Positions 41,302 through 54,637 of a DNA stretch of 64,000 nucleotides are shown here, in pieces; the first letter of the stretch is position 1, and each line of letters begins with the position of its first letter. The DNA is from Eledone cirrhosa (Eukaryota): positions 68,510,001 through 68,574,000 of the forward strand of contig OZ024746.1 in assembly GCA_964016885.1 (NCBI GenBank). The letters are read 5' to 3'. The notes under the pieces were generated by a model. It did not search any database, was not told the origin of the DNA, and saw only the letters and a list, made by a program, of their open reading frames with translations. A program made the position numbers and the translations under genes.

Positions 41302-41655
41302 TATCATCATCATCGTTTAACATCCATTCTTCCATATTAGCATGGGTTAGACGAGTTGTCCAGTTGTGAGACAGGCCAGGTCAGTTGACCACATCTTACT
41401 CATAAAGAAATGATTTGGGCTTGGTTTCTATGGCTGGATGACCTTCCTAATGCCAACCACATTTACTGTGTGTACTAAGTGCTTTTTGTCATGACACCTA
41501 CATAACCATTTTACAGTGTGGACTGGCTGCTTTTGTCATGACACCTACATAACCATTTTACAGTGTGGACTGGCTGCTTTTGTCATGACACCTACACCAC
41601 CACTTTACAGTGTGGACTGAGTGCTAACTGTCGTGTTACCTACACAACTACTTTA
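41302..41655 (-). mobile_element. RTE 3' UTR copy with repeated ~47-bp units
   Basis: Same tail and units as 105-636; (TA)n on both sides. Confidence 0.8.
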
Positions 41656-41688
<33 letters not shown>

Positions 41689-41953
41689 TTCTATAACATA
41701 CTGGTGTGTAACTTCTAAGGTACTCAGAATTTCCTGAAGTTGGTTTCACTTCATTCTTCAGCCTGCATTAGTCATGTATTTTATACAATACAGTATATAT
41801 TTACCTCTATGATTACATATTGAGGGCTCTTTCTGTAATGATTACAGTCAGGCAATATATATAATGCAACCAAGTATTTAGGAAGAATTATACCATTTTA
41901 TATGAATAAAATAGTATACATTTTCCCTAAATCCTTGGTTGTATTATTTAATA

Positions 41954-42407
41954 GGGGGTGGATTGGCAGTATCGGTAGAGGGTCGGACGCCATGCTTTGA
42001 CGCATAGAGTTACGTCCCTTGCCATTCTGAGTTCAAAGCCCGCCAAGGTTAACTTTGCCTTTCATCCTCATGGGGTCGATGAAATAAAGTACCAGTAATG
42101 CACTGGGTAATTGCTGGCCTTGTGCCAAAAGTAGAAACAATTATTTAATATTCATATTCTGTGGTGTTACATATGTACAAATTTTGGATGTTTTACCATA
42201 TGGAATACACCTAGGAGGAATTTGTCTTTAGGATATGAATTCAAAATAGGGGGCACACTGGACAAAAACAATGAAAATAATTGTTTCTACTATTGGCACA
42301 AGGCCAGCAATTACCCAGTACATTACTGGTACTTTATTTTATCGACCCCGTAAGGATGAAAGGCAAAGTTAACCTCGGTGGGATTTGAACTCAGAATGGC
42401 AAGGGCC
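41954..42407. mobile_element. Two Meta-like SINEs tail to tail (41954-42144 plus; 42277-42407 minus, 5'-truncated)
   Basis: The second copy is flanked by the TSD TGAAAATAAT (42272-42281 and 42408-42417). Confidence 0.88.
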
Positions 42408-44502
42408 TGAAAATAATAATGGAAAGATGGACAGTCCCATCTCCTCAGTCAACCTCTGGAAATCACTTCGGTTTCAATGTATTAAGGTAGATGAATAGTC
42501 AGTTAGTGAGTAATGTTTGTTAATCTTTCTAATAAGCACCACATATAAATGTGTCTGTGCTTGTTTGCTGTGTGTGTATGTGTGTGGTGTGTGTGGCAGG
42601 GAGATGTTGAACATAGCATGTATGGAAAAGAATGGAAGAGAATATGGCTTTGTCTTTTCTAAAATAAAGCTTTTGCTTGTGAAGTACATTAATTAGAAAA
42701 ATAATTTCTTTAATGTGGGCACTCTGATGAACAAATAGAAATCACAACTCTTGACTCTTGATCTGATCTGATTGAAAACTCTGTTTACTATAAAGATCAA
42801 AGACCTCTCTATGACAACTCTATTATTCATGATCAAAAAAGCTATTTTTCACAAATAAAACATGAACCAAACACTCTATGATACAAGGTTTTATACTTTA
42901 TCATGCTGAAGCCTTCTATTTAGAAGAAACATGATTTATTGCAATCAGTATAGCTTGAGCATCTAATTAAACATTAATATATCCGGTAAAAATGATACAA
43001 TGTAAAGGTTTATATTAGCTGAACCAAAAAATAAAGAATAAGTATAGATGGAAAATATACTTGTATTTATCATCAAACTTTATTCTTTTACTAGAGGCAA
43101 AACTTAAGATTGCATCTGATTTGTCATTTATGTCAGAAATATAAAAATGTATATAAAACATAAGGAGAAAATAGTTCTCTAAGCTTGGGTAATTTGCTAT
43201 AAACAGACCCTCATTAACAAATATTACACTTTTAACTTTGTTGATATTGCAGCATAAATCATTTCTAACTGTCTTAAAGATTTTCTTTAACAGACTTCTT
43301 TTGTTTCACCAAATTTTGGCAAGCTATACAAAAATAGGTAATGTGATATTATTTGACATGTTTAAGGTGAAGAATGGAGAAAATTGAAATAAATGAACAT
43401 CTATAAATCACATTGTGAAATTCCTGCTCTGTTATCAACATTAAGCTAAAGCTCTAATTTGATATATATATATATATATATATATGATAGATAGATAAGT
43501 ATGTAGGTAGGTAGGTAGGTAGGTAGGTATGTAGGTAGGTAGGTAGGTAAGTGGATAGATGGGTGGGTGTATGGATGGATGGATAAAGGATCATTGAAGG
43601 ACAATGACCTGGAGTTATAATTACTTCGGTAATATCAGACTGTTTTCTTTTGGTTTCCATAGATAATGTTACTTGGTGTATTTAAAAATACTTCTGTGTG
43701 GGTTGCAAGCTTACAATAGGTATAACAAAAATAAAATTTAAAAATATTCCAAATAAAGAAAGTGAAGATGTATAAGCATTTATCTTTTATCATCTTCAAA
43801 ATATTTATCCAATCATATATATTCTTTAATCAATTACAAATATTCTCTGAGTAATCAACAAAACCACCCCCAGTTGAAATCTCAGCAGAGTAGCAAAGCT
43901 GCTAAATTGCTGGTTTGAAATTGATAAATTCTAAACCTAATCTTAACATAGATTAGATAAGACAACTTAGATAAAAACCAGTACTGAATCCACTTCACAA
44001 TAGACAAGATAGCATTAGGAAAACAATCAATAACTAGGGTATAATGTTTCAGCAATTCTTACAACTAGACATTACAGATACAGCCAACCCATGTTTTTTC
44101 TTCTTCTTTACCCACTTATTCCTGAGCATGTTGTAAGAACAGAGTCTTTAGACATGCCTTCAAGAGGGTCCTATGAGAATTAAGTCTACAAGTGAGAACC
44201 AGTTGAGTTTATGAATATCATTCATCCATTTTACTAATGATCTACCTCTGTGTCTCCTGCCAGTTGGTTTTGCTTGTAAAATCTGTCCAAAGATCCTTTC
44301 CTAAGACATTCTAACCACTTGTCTATAGTATCAGAGCTGTGATCTCTTAATGTAAAGAATTTGTAATTCTACCTGGAGAGACTCCCTGAACTCCAAGCTA
44401 CACAACCCATATTTTGATATAAAATCATTTATTTAAAACATCAATATTAAAAGACAGAAAAATGTAAATGTTTCTATTTTGTAAAATTAATTATTTTAAA
44501 GG

Positions 44503-44882
44503 AAAAAAGCACCCAGCCTACACTGTTAAGTGGTCATGTAGGTGTCACAACAAAAAGCACCCAGTACTTACTGTAAAGTGATCGTGTAGGTGTCACGATA
44601 AAAAGTGCCCAGCACACACTGTAAAGTGGTCGTGTAGGGGTCACGACAAAAAACACCCAGTAATCACGGTAAAGTGGTCGTGTAGGGGTCACGACAAAAA
44701 GCACCCAGTACTCACTGTAAATGAGGTTAGCATTAGGAAGAGCATTCAGCTGTAGAAACCAAACCAAAATCAGTTCTGTATGTGCAAGACATCGTCACCT
44801 AACCTAGCATTGCCCACAACAGGACAATTCATCTAACCCATGCTAGCGTGGATAAATTGACATAAAATGGTGATGATGATGA
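44503..44882 (+). mobile_element. RTE 3' UTR copy with four 48-bp units
   Basis: Same units, GGAAGAGCATTCAGC hairpin, tail and (GAT)n. Confidence 0.8.
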
Positions 44883-44969
44883 CAAAGAGAAACTTCAATG
44901 GTTTTGTTTTTACTTTGCTACCAGACAGTAAAATTTCAATGTTAATTACAATCATTTAGTAGAGGCAGA

Positions 44970-45705
44970 GAGGCAGCATGTCCAAATCGTTGAGAAGTTC
45001 ACTTTGCAATCATTAGGTCCCAGGTTCAATCCACTGTGTGGCATTTTGGGCAAGTGTCATTTACCATATATCTTTGGGTCAATCCATAGTTTGGAAGTGA
45101 AATTAGATAGATGGAAACTGTGTGGAAGATCATCAGATAGACTTCACCTCTAACTCAAAGGGCCAGTTTTATCATACAATACATCATGCTGAATCTCCCT
45201 GAGAATTATATTAACAGTACACGTGTCTAGAATAATGATAATGAAATTATTGTTTACAGTGCTCAGATGCACTACAACTCATCAAAGGTGCATGTATAGT
45301 ACATAAAATAATGTACAAATGTCAGGAAAATGAATGAACAGTGTATGAGTCATGAGATACATGTGTGTGTATGGAGGGGGATATCAAGTATAGTGTTGGC
45401 GAATTTCAGGAAGCATGGATGTTTTAAAGGATGCGGTGTCTCAGCAGCTAACAACTGATGCAGGTAGTTTGTTCCATGCTTCAGCAACTCTGAGCGTGAA
45501 AAAATGTTTCAGAAAGTCATTTTTTCATGCTCAGAGTTGCTGAAGCATGGAACAAACTACCTGCATCAGTTGTTAGCTGCCGAGACACTGCATCTTTTAA
45601 AAGCTCCATCTGTAGAATGCTCAGCCATTTACATGTTAATTTCATGAGCAGGCTATTCTATTGATGGAACAACTGGAACATACTTTTGAAACTGACAGAA
45701 GTCCA
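44970..45705 (+). mobile_element. tRNA SINE interrupted by a fold-back CR1 3' fragment (45230-45609)
   Basis: The SINE body ...GTACACGTGTCT resumes as CTGTAGAATGCTCAGCC after the insert (compare 11320-11350). Confidence 0.8.
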
Positions 45706-45899
45706 TTTCATTTCATATTGATTTAAGCTCTACAATAATACAGGGCTACCTTACCATTTTACATAATCTGTATCCTCACTTCATACTTTGCTTTCAAATG
45801 TCTTTTTCCAAATAATCAACAATATGTTAGAAATTATAGAATTTAAAAAAAATTAAAGATAATCAAACATCCCCAACTGTCTATGATATTGATGTATTG

Positions 45900-46249
45900 T
45901 TCATCATTCATTTTCATTTCATTTCATTTTACGTCCGCTTTTCCCTGCTTGTAAGGGTGGGACGGGAACTGATTCTGGCTTGATTTCTACAGCTGGATGC
46001 CCTTCCTAACACCAACCTCATTTACAGTGAGCGCTGGGTGCTTTTTTGCCGTGGCACCTACACGACCACTTTGCAGTGGAATGATAGGGACTGGGGTCCC
46101 TATCATCTCATTTCTACAGCTGAGTAAACTGGAGCAATGTGAAATAACGTGTCTTGCTCAAGGAAACAACACATCACCCTGTCTGAGAATTGAACTCACA
46201 ACCTTTCGATTGCAAGGCGAATGCTCTAACCACTAAGCCATGTGCCTCC
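45900..46249 (-). mobile_element. Composite tRNA/RTE SINE (second copy)
   Basis: Nearly identical to 25808-26151. Confidence 0.88.
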
Positions 46250-46841
46250 ATTGTTGTTTATCATAGCTCTACTTGATCAATCATCCCTGGTGTAAACAAA
46301 GGTAATAGCATATACAAACATAGAAAGCTGGATACACTCAACACTTACTCTTCTACAGTCCTGATACCATAACAAAAAATACCCAATCTAAACCTTAATT
46401 GTGGTCATGCTGGTGACAACAAAAAAGCACCCAATCCACCCTGTAGATGGTTGTGCTGGACAACGATGAAAAAGCACCCAGTCCACACTGTAACACCAAC
46501 TGTGATTGGTGTTAGAAAGGGCATCCAGCTCTAGAAACCAAGCTAAAACAAAGCATATGATCAGGACTCAGTGACAGCTAACTAATTTACGCAAGTATGG
46601 AAAATGGAGATGTTGGTGGTGATGATGATGACATATGTGTGTGTGTATTGAAAGTATTTCAGAAAATGTACAAAATCTGTTCCATGAACACATAAGGCAC
46701 CAAGATGAGAGGATCTGTCATTACAATGCCATCAATACTGCCAATGGCCTTATATGCAACTGAAACCTAAAGAAAGCTGCAAAGATTCACCAAAATGTTG
46801 GATTTCATGCAATGATCATATCAGAAATGAAGAAGTTTTAA

Positions 46842-47054
46842 CCCTTTAATGTTCAAACTGGCCATAATCAGACAGAATTCTCTACCTATTTCTGTTGAAA
46901 CTGGCTGTAACTGGTCACTCAAATTGATGTTAAGGTATTGTTCTCTAAATAAATACTTTCAAAATCTCATAGATTCGATATTAAGTCAGATAATTATGTG
47001 AGATTTAACATGAAAATATAATAGTATATATAGAGTAATGTGAATACTAAAGGG
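46842..47054. mobile_element. piggyBac-type MITE
   Basis: TTAA-CCCTTTA ... TAAAGGG-TTAA. Confidence 0.85.
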
Positions 47055-47900
47055 TTAAGAAGAGCATCATCATCATCATTAAGACTCCAAGACATGATGG
47101 TGGAACAAAGATTACAAATGGTCATTCATGTCATGTAGCTACCAGATCATTGATATACAAATACATCATTGAGATAGAGACCAACAGATGAAGGAGCAGC
47201 AGATCATGAGTCATATGGTATTAATCCTTTTAACACTGTATCATCATCATCGATTAACGTTTATCTTCCACGCGAACATGGGTTAGACGGGTTTGTCCCA
47301 TTTAGAGGCAAGTTGGGTCAGGTGATCATGTCTCGCTCATATAGGAGTGTTTCTGGCTGGTTTTCTATAGCTGGATGCCCTTCCTAATGCCAATCTCTAT
47401 TGAAATACACTGCATATGTATTTCAATTAATTTTGAAAATAACCATGCATTTGGAGGAATTTAATAAAATAACTAAATTTTACATTAGAAAACTGATACT
47501 TAGAACATTACAAAAAATGTCTAAAGTAGAAATTGTAATAAATACATTTGATATAAGGATATACATCATATAATGAGCAGTTTTCTATTATATACATAAG
47601 GTAGTTTCAGGTGGGGTGGAATGATATCAAGAGAGATTAGAGATTTCAGCAGGACTTGAAAGTTGTCAACAGATATTGGGAAACATACAAGAACATGAAA
47701 TGCAATCCAGAAGTGATGCCTGATATGCATATATCTTCAAGATGTTGTCACTTTCACAAGCACTTGTTCAAATTCTGACACTCTACAATGATATAAGAAG
47801 ACATGCGAAACAGACCCTTCTGAAGATCTCCATTTTATAAAAGGAACCTATCAAGATCTCTTCCCCTTTCTTATAGCAACTTATCCCAGCACTGTGACTG

Positions 47901-47936
<36 letters not shown>

Positions 47937-47940
<4 letters not shown>

Positions 47941-48298
47941 TCATTTTACGTCCATTCTTTCACACTAGCATGGGTTAGATGGGTTGTCCTGTTGTGGGCA
48001 ATGCCAGGTCAGGTAACTATGTCTTGCTCATACAGAACTGATTTTGGCTTGATTTCTACAGCTGGATGCCCTCACTAACACCAACCTCGTTTACAGTGAG
48101 TACTGGGTGCTTTTTTTACCATGGCGCCTACTTGACCACTTTACAGTGTGGACTGGGTGCTTTTTGTTGTGACACCTATACGACCACTTTACAGTGGGAG
48201 GGGTGGGGCATACTGTCTATTCACTTCAGCTTCGGCTTGTACCTGCGGGAAGTGGGGGTCTTCTGTATTACTGCGTGACACCAGAGGTCTCGGTCCTG
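47937..48298 (-). mobile_element. 5'-truncated RTE LINE: ORF C-terminus plus 3' UTR with the repeated unit
   Basis: Minus strand starts DRDLWCHAVIQKTP (compare DRDLWRYSVIEKTR at 8411-8465), followed by two units and the tail; flanked by TA/CA repeats. Confidence 0.82.
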
Positions 48299-48332
48299 TA
48301 CACACACACACATATATATATATGTATGTATG

Positions 48333-48375
<43 letters not shown>

Positions 48376-50009
48376 ATATATATATATATAAATTGGTACA
48401 ACTTACTTACCATATGAGATCCTTTTTCTACTTGATTTCTGTGTAGCTCATATTCATTTGTTAAACCTGTAATTGTGACTCATTTCCCTATTCACTGTTA
48501 CAGGAGTAGAGTTGGCTAACTGCAGGAATGGGCCCTGCAAGTTGGAATGGCTATTTCCTTACTATCCTCTGGAGTTACACATTATCCCCACCTGTCTGCT
48601 GGAGCCATGAGGTGGCTTGCCTCTGGGGTTCTGCATGCCAGAAAACCATCTCCCACACTGTCCGAGCTTTTGAAATGTTTTATAATTTAAAAACAATATA
48701 TCCAAGAAATATTAACTCTGCTTCTAACTAATTGTATACTGTAAAATCTTAGTATATTCTATTCTTATTCTTTAAAAACACACACACCAGTTGAGTTTCA
48801 CTTCATTTATATTTATTAGACTGCTGTGTGTCTTTTTATAGATATCATGGCCCTTCCAAAACTATAGCAATTTCTGATTCAATACACGATATCACACCAA
48901 GAATCTTGCGAAAACAAATACAAAGTTTAGTATATTCATTTAATGGAAAATATCCCTCAAAACTAAATTATGAGTTATCTCCTTCCATTACATTATTAAT
49001 TTAATAATGAAATAAAGAAATTTTCATATTAAAGAAAGAAAAAACAGTGAGAGGAAGGATGGAACAGCCACCAACACTCACTACATAAGCCACTCTACCT
49101 CATGTGGATCCTTCCTTAGGTAGGATGCACTCCTCATTTTGCAGGGGAAAACAGGAGTTCAGAAATTGAGGGTTATGGATTAGGAGCAATTAGTGCATCA
49201 GACAATTATTTAGCAGTATTTGTTCCAAGTCATTATGTTCTTTTTGAGTTCAAATCATGGAAGCTCATTGGACTGGTGCTTAACCCAGTTTTTGTGGCGT
49301 TATCTGAGAGTAATAGACGCCACCCTGAACAGGATGCCAGTCTATTGCAGGCCTAAATTCTCAGCTACTGCTGACAATCATTTACAGCTGAGTTAAGTAC
49401 TGGGATCGATATAATCGACTTTCCCTTTCCTTAAAGTAAAAATCATTATATTGACCCTATATAGCGTACATGAGTCCTATATCAGTGCATGTTTTAGTAA
49501 GTTTAACACACTAACCAATAAAACAAGATATTGAGTCAGAAAACAGAAACGCTGCATGTTGTTTTCATAATCAAAGGTAGGCAACTCCTAAATATATATT
49601 ATTTACTAGTCAATTATTAACGTCCTGTATTACATGAAACCATATTAGCAAGACAGTCTTGAAAAATACAAAACACTATGATTGCATTACATTAAAAATT
49701 AAAGTCTTTTCTCTAACACTGCAGGTTTTTTAAAATAATTTCCTGAATTAACAAAGCAATTTTTAGATATTTTCTGCTAAAGAGTTAAATAGTGTATTAT
49801 AAAGTGGATTTTGCTTAATTTATTTGCATAAATGAAACAAAAATAAGAAGGCTTGGTCATCAATATTCTAGCAGTATAGTGACACATAAAGCATTGAAGT
49901 GAATGATTACCAGACTAATTTGTAGCCACAGCTATGATAGTAGAGGCTCCTTCATATATCACTTTAACTATCTGGATTTGAACTGTGCCTTTCAGAGTTG
50001 GGCATGGAT

Positions 50010-50460
50010 ACATTAAAGCTCCGACGTCTGGCAACTGACTTGGTAGACACCCACAAAATTTTTAACCATTTTGCCAACAATATCCCTGAACGCTTTTTTG
50101 AATTCCATGTGTCTAACACCCATGGACATGCTTACAAAATCAGAAAATAGTACAACTCCCATGACTTTCGGAAACATTTTTTCACACTCAGAGTTGCTGA
50201 AGCATGGAACAAACTACCTGCATCAGTTGTGAGCTGTCGGGACACTGCATCCTTCAAAACTTCCATGCTTCCTGAAATTCGCTAACACTAGACCCGATAT
50301 TCCACCTCGATACACATGCATGCATGTATCTGTGTGTGTATCATGATTCATACACTGTTCACTTTCCTGACATTTGTACATTATTCTATATACTATAGAT
50401 GCACTTTAAATGAGTTGTAGTGCACCGGAGCACTGTACTTATTTTCATTATTATTATTAT
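50010..50460 (+). mobile_element. CR1 LINE 3' fragment
   Basis: Homologous to 19565-20030, with an (ATT)n tail. Confidence 0.88.
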
Positions 50461-50945
50461 AAGTATTGGGATCGATTTAATCAACTTTTTCTTTCCTTCA
50501 AATTGCTGGCCTTTTGCCAAAAATCGAAATTAATATTTGTTTAATTTTTTTTTTTTTCAGTCTTCACCCACTGGAAATATTTGATGAAGGTAAGCATGAA
50601 ATTCCATATTTGGCATGAGAGTCAACATTACATGTACCTTGTATTTCCTGGCATTTAGAATAGGTACACTGTGTCACTGTGGGTTGTAAGAGCTGACCTT
50701 TTAACAGCTGACTAAAGGGGTTGTAACAACATAAAAGACATCATGAGGCATAAAACACTGCCTCAAAATCTCCTGTCCAACCCATGCTAACAAAGAAAAG
50801 TGGATGTAAAAACATTGATGGCAATGACAATATATGTATTATATTTCGTCTTTATATGATTATAATTGTTTAACTATTAACCTATTTGTATATTCTTCAC
50901 ACAGCCTCTGTTGTCTTGTAGATAAAACATTATTATCTTTAGTTT

Positions 50946-51134
50946 GGGCGGTGGATTGGTAGTATCGGTAGAGGGTCGGACGCCATGCTTTCCAGCATAG
51001 TTACGTCCCTTTACGATCTGAGTTCAAATCCCGCCGAGGTTGACTTTGCCTTTCATACTTACGGGGTCGATAAAATAAAGTACCAGTAATGCACTGGGTA
51101 ATTGCTGGCCTTGTGCCTAAAGTAGAAACAATTA
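50946..51134 (+). mobile_element. Full-length Meta-like SINE
   Basis: Flanked by the TSD ATTATCTTTAGTTT. Confidence 0.88.
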
Positions 51135-52091
51135 TCTTTAGTTTAATAATAAAAGTTCATAGACCAAACCCAATATTGTACTATGTACACACAGGAAGAA
51201 TAAGACAAGTGCTGATGTTGTTGAGACCTAAGCCAACCTATGATCAAAAGTATTCCAGCCACGACCATTTCATCTTTTTCTTCAGGCATAATATATTTAG
51301 GACCACACATTACATTTAATGTGCTCTTCCTTTTTCTTAGATGGCAAGTGTGATTTGAAGTTAAACTGACCTGTTATTTCTATCAGGTTGAGTGGTCACA
51401 TAAAGACTCTTTTAGCGTTTTATAGAGTAAATGTATATATTAAAAGTTTATATTTCATCTTAAAGTCCTGTACCACATGAAACTACATTAGAAAAACATT
51501 CTTTAATAGTACTAAGTTACACTATTACTGCATCACAGTAAACATTTGAGTCTTTATTTTACTGTAAATTTTCACAACGATCTGCCCACTAGTAAAGATA
51601 CTATAAACATTTGAATTAACAAACTTGTTTTCAGTTATTTTTTTTGCTAAATTGCTATAGGATGTTAAGAGTTTAAGATCTGGTAAATAACCTAAAAAGT
51701 ATGATTTTATTACCAACAACTCAAAACAGCAAATTGGTAGAGTTGTTAGAACAAGTAACCACATAGAATCATCCTGGTGGATATGTTAAAATGTGTGGTG
51801 CATATTTGAAAAACCAAGCAGTAGGAAATATTACTTTCTCTGGCTAAATATGACTTTAATGTCAGATAAATGCCTTTCGGTATTTAGTCGTATTCTTTTA
51901 CGTTCTGAGATCGAATTCAACCGAGATCAACTTTGATTTTCATTCTTCCGGTGGGTCAATAAAATTAATACAAATCAATAGCTGGTATCTATATAATCAA
52001 CTTATATCATTGTTCAAAATATGTGATCCTGTTCCGATGTTAGAAAAAATATTGTATTTCAAGGGAAACAACTCATATTATCTCCCTTACA

Positions 52092-52233
52092 TAGCATAGT
52101 TACGTCCCTTTACAGTCTGAGTTCAAATCCCGCCGAGGTTAACTTTGCCTTTCATCCTTACGGGGTCGATAAAATAAAGTACCAATAATGTACTGAGTAG
52201 TTGCTGGCCTTGTGCCTAAAGTAGAAACAATTA
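52092..52233 (+). mobile_element. 5'-truncated Meta-like SINE
   Basis: TSD ATTATCTCCCTTACATA on both sides. Confidence 0.85.
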
Positions 52234-54453
52234 TCTCCCTTACATAATAATTTCTGGCTATGCTGTGATGTATATATAATTGCACATAAGGTTGTTTGAC
52301 ATGCTAGAAATAACAGCCAAATAATAATAAAAACTTGCCAATCAATCTTTCAAAAAGGGACATGTATGAGAATTTCGTTATAAGTATACAAAAAGTATTA
52401 TTCCTTCTATTAAAAATTCAGTTCACATTTAAGGGTTTCTAATTTTAGACAAAAAGCCAACAATTTGTGCGGAAATGAAAATCCATTATACTGATCCCAG
52501 CACTTAACTGGTACTTTATTTTATTAACCCCGAAAGAATTAAAGGTAAAGTTCGCCTCGGAAAGATTTGAACTCAGTACGTAAGAACAAATACCGTTTCA
52601 CATTTGATCGGCGCTCCAACGATTCTGCCAACTCACAACCCTTAGATGCTTTATAATATATAATGTTAAATAGGCTATAGTTTAATTTTATTATCATATA
52701 ACAAATATATAAGGTTAAATAGAAATACATACTTATAATCAATTAATTATTGCTAGGAACCATATAAATATAATACACAAAAATATACAATCAAAGCGAA
52801 GAAAAAAAAAACATCGATCAATACTAAGTGTGTCAACCGGTCATACACCACAAGGGTCATCAGAAAATCTTGGGGCACTAGAATTGTTTTCAACACGCTG
52901 ACGTGTATGAGTGTGCGTGTGTGTATGCGCATATGCATACATTTATATGTATGAGTATATAAATATAAACGCGCAAACACAGACACGCTTACAAAAATAC
53001 ACACTCACAGACATACATTCACACAAACACACACACAGCGTAGCAAATGGGATGCCAGCCGCTGTTTCGCTATAGTCTTTTTCACCAGTCTCTTTCCTTC
53101 CTTTTATACATACATTCACACACACATTATGACGGCAGAAGTCGCTGAAATTTATATATAAAAGCCAACACGCTCGCAGTTAGTTCTTATTTTATCGATT
53201 CTGGAAAATTGAAAGACCATGGCAAGATTTAAACTCAGAATGTAAAAGTCTGAAATTAAATACCGTGGGTGTTTTATCTAATGTGCTCAAGATTCTAAAC
53301 AATTTTTTAGTTTAATATTTCACATTTGCTTTTATCAAACAACTGCGACCGTCAACTTGAGGCTAAACAAAAGTTAAAATTTGTTTTTACCGACGAAAAA
53401 CAAAAGCAAAATATACGTAAATGAAACAAAAAGATAACAACCATAGAAAATGAACAACAAAAAATAATAAATCCTACAACTTTAAAAAAACTGGGATTAG
53501 TTATTTTTTTATTTTTCATTTGCGTAGATTTGTCTTTTGTCTTTTTTCAATTTAGATTTTTTTTTAAATATTGATTTTTGTCACACACACACACACACAC
53601 ACACATCTCATCCCACCCGGGTGGTCAACAGTAAAATAAAATGATAGTAGCTGTAGGCTGACAATAGTAAAAGTTATCGTCTGAGTCTATATCTCTCTCA
53701 CCTGAAACAATAATAGCTGCAATGTTTTTGATTATAGGGTTAGCTGAAGATGCCGGCAGCTAGGACAGTCGTTCATATTTTTAGCTTTTCCAATATATAT
53801 ATCGTTTCAAAAACGCCTGCATGGCTAAGTCTTTAGAATGTGAATTCAAAGTAGGGAGCACTCAGAACAAAGGCACAATGGAAAAACAACGGAGGCGGAC
53901 AGTCGCATCTCCTCAGTCAACATCTGGAAATCACTACGGTTTCTGTGCATTAAGGTTGACACCGTTCATTTCAGTGCACATTGAGACATAACAAAACAGG
54001 TAGAGACAAAGATAGGACAAGTTATGCTTTAAGGCGAATTACACAAATATGTAGCGAAATCTGTCCACGCCTTGACCCTTGAGTGACACCTAACGGTCAA
54101 ATTCTGAGTTACCCCTTTTTGGGGAAGGGGGAAAAGTCGATTAAATTGACCTCAGTGCATTACTGCTGCTTTATTTTATTGACCCTACCTACCCAGTAAG
54201 GATGAAAAGCAAAGCTAACCACGGCGGGATTTGAATTAATAATGTAAATGGCCGTAACTATATACCGACACTACCAATCCATCGCCCCTCGACAGTAGAA
54301 ATAATCAAGTTAGACAACTAAGTGGAGAATATTTTGCTCAGTATTTGAGAGTAGATTCCCTTTGATTATATGTAAATGCCTAAAGTAGAAACAATTATAT
54401 GTAAATGTCAACATATAGTAAATATGGCTACCTTTAAAACTGAAATATTATTC

Positions 54454-54637
54454 ATAATTGTTTCTACTTTTGGCACAAGGCCAGCAATTACCCAGTGCAT
54501 TACTGGTACTTTATTTTATCGACCCCGTAAGGATGAAAGGCAAAGTTAACCTCGGCGGGATTTGAACTTAGAATGGCAAGGGCCGTAATTCTATGCGTCA
54601 AAGCATGGAGTCCGACCCTCTACCGATACTGCCAATC
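54454..54637 (-). mobile_element. Meta-like SINE
   Basis: Head, core and tail motifs present. Confidence 0.85.
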
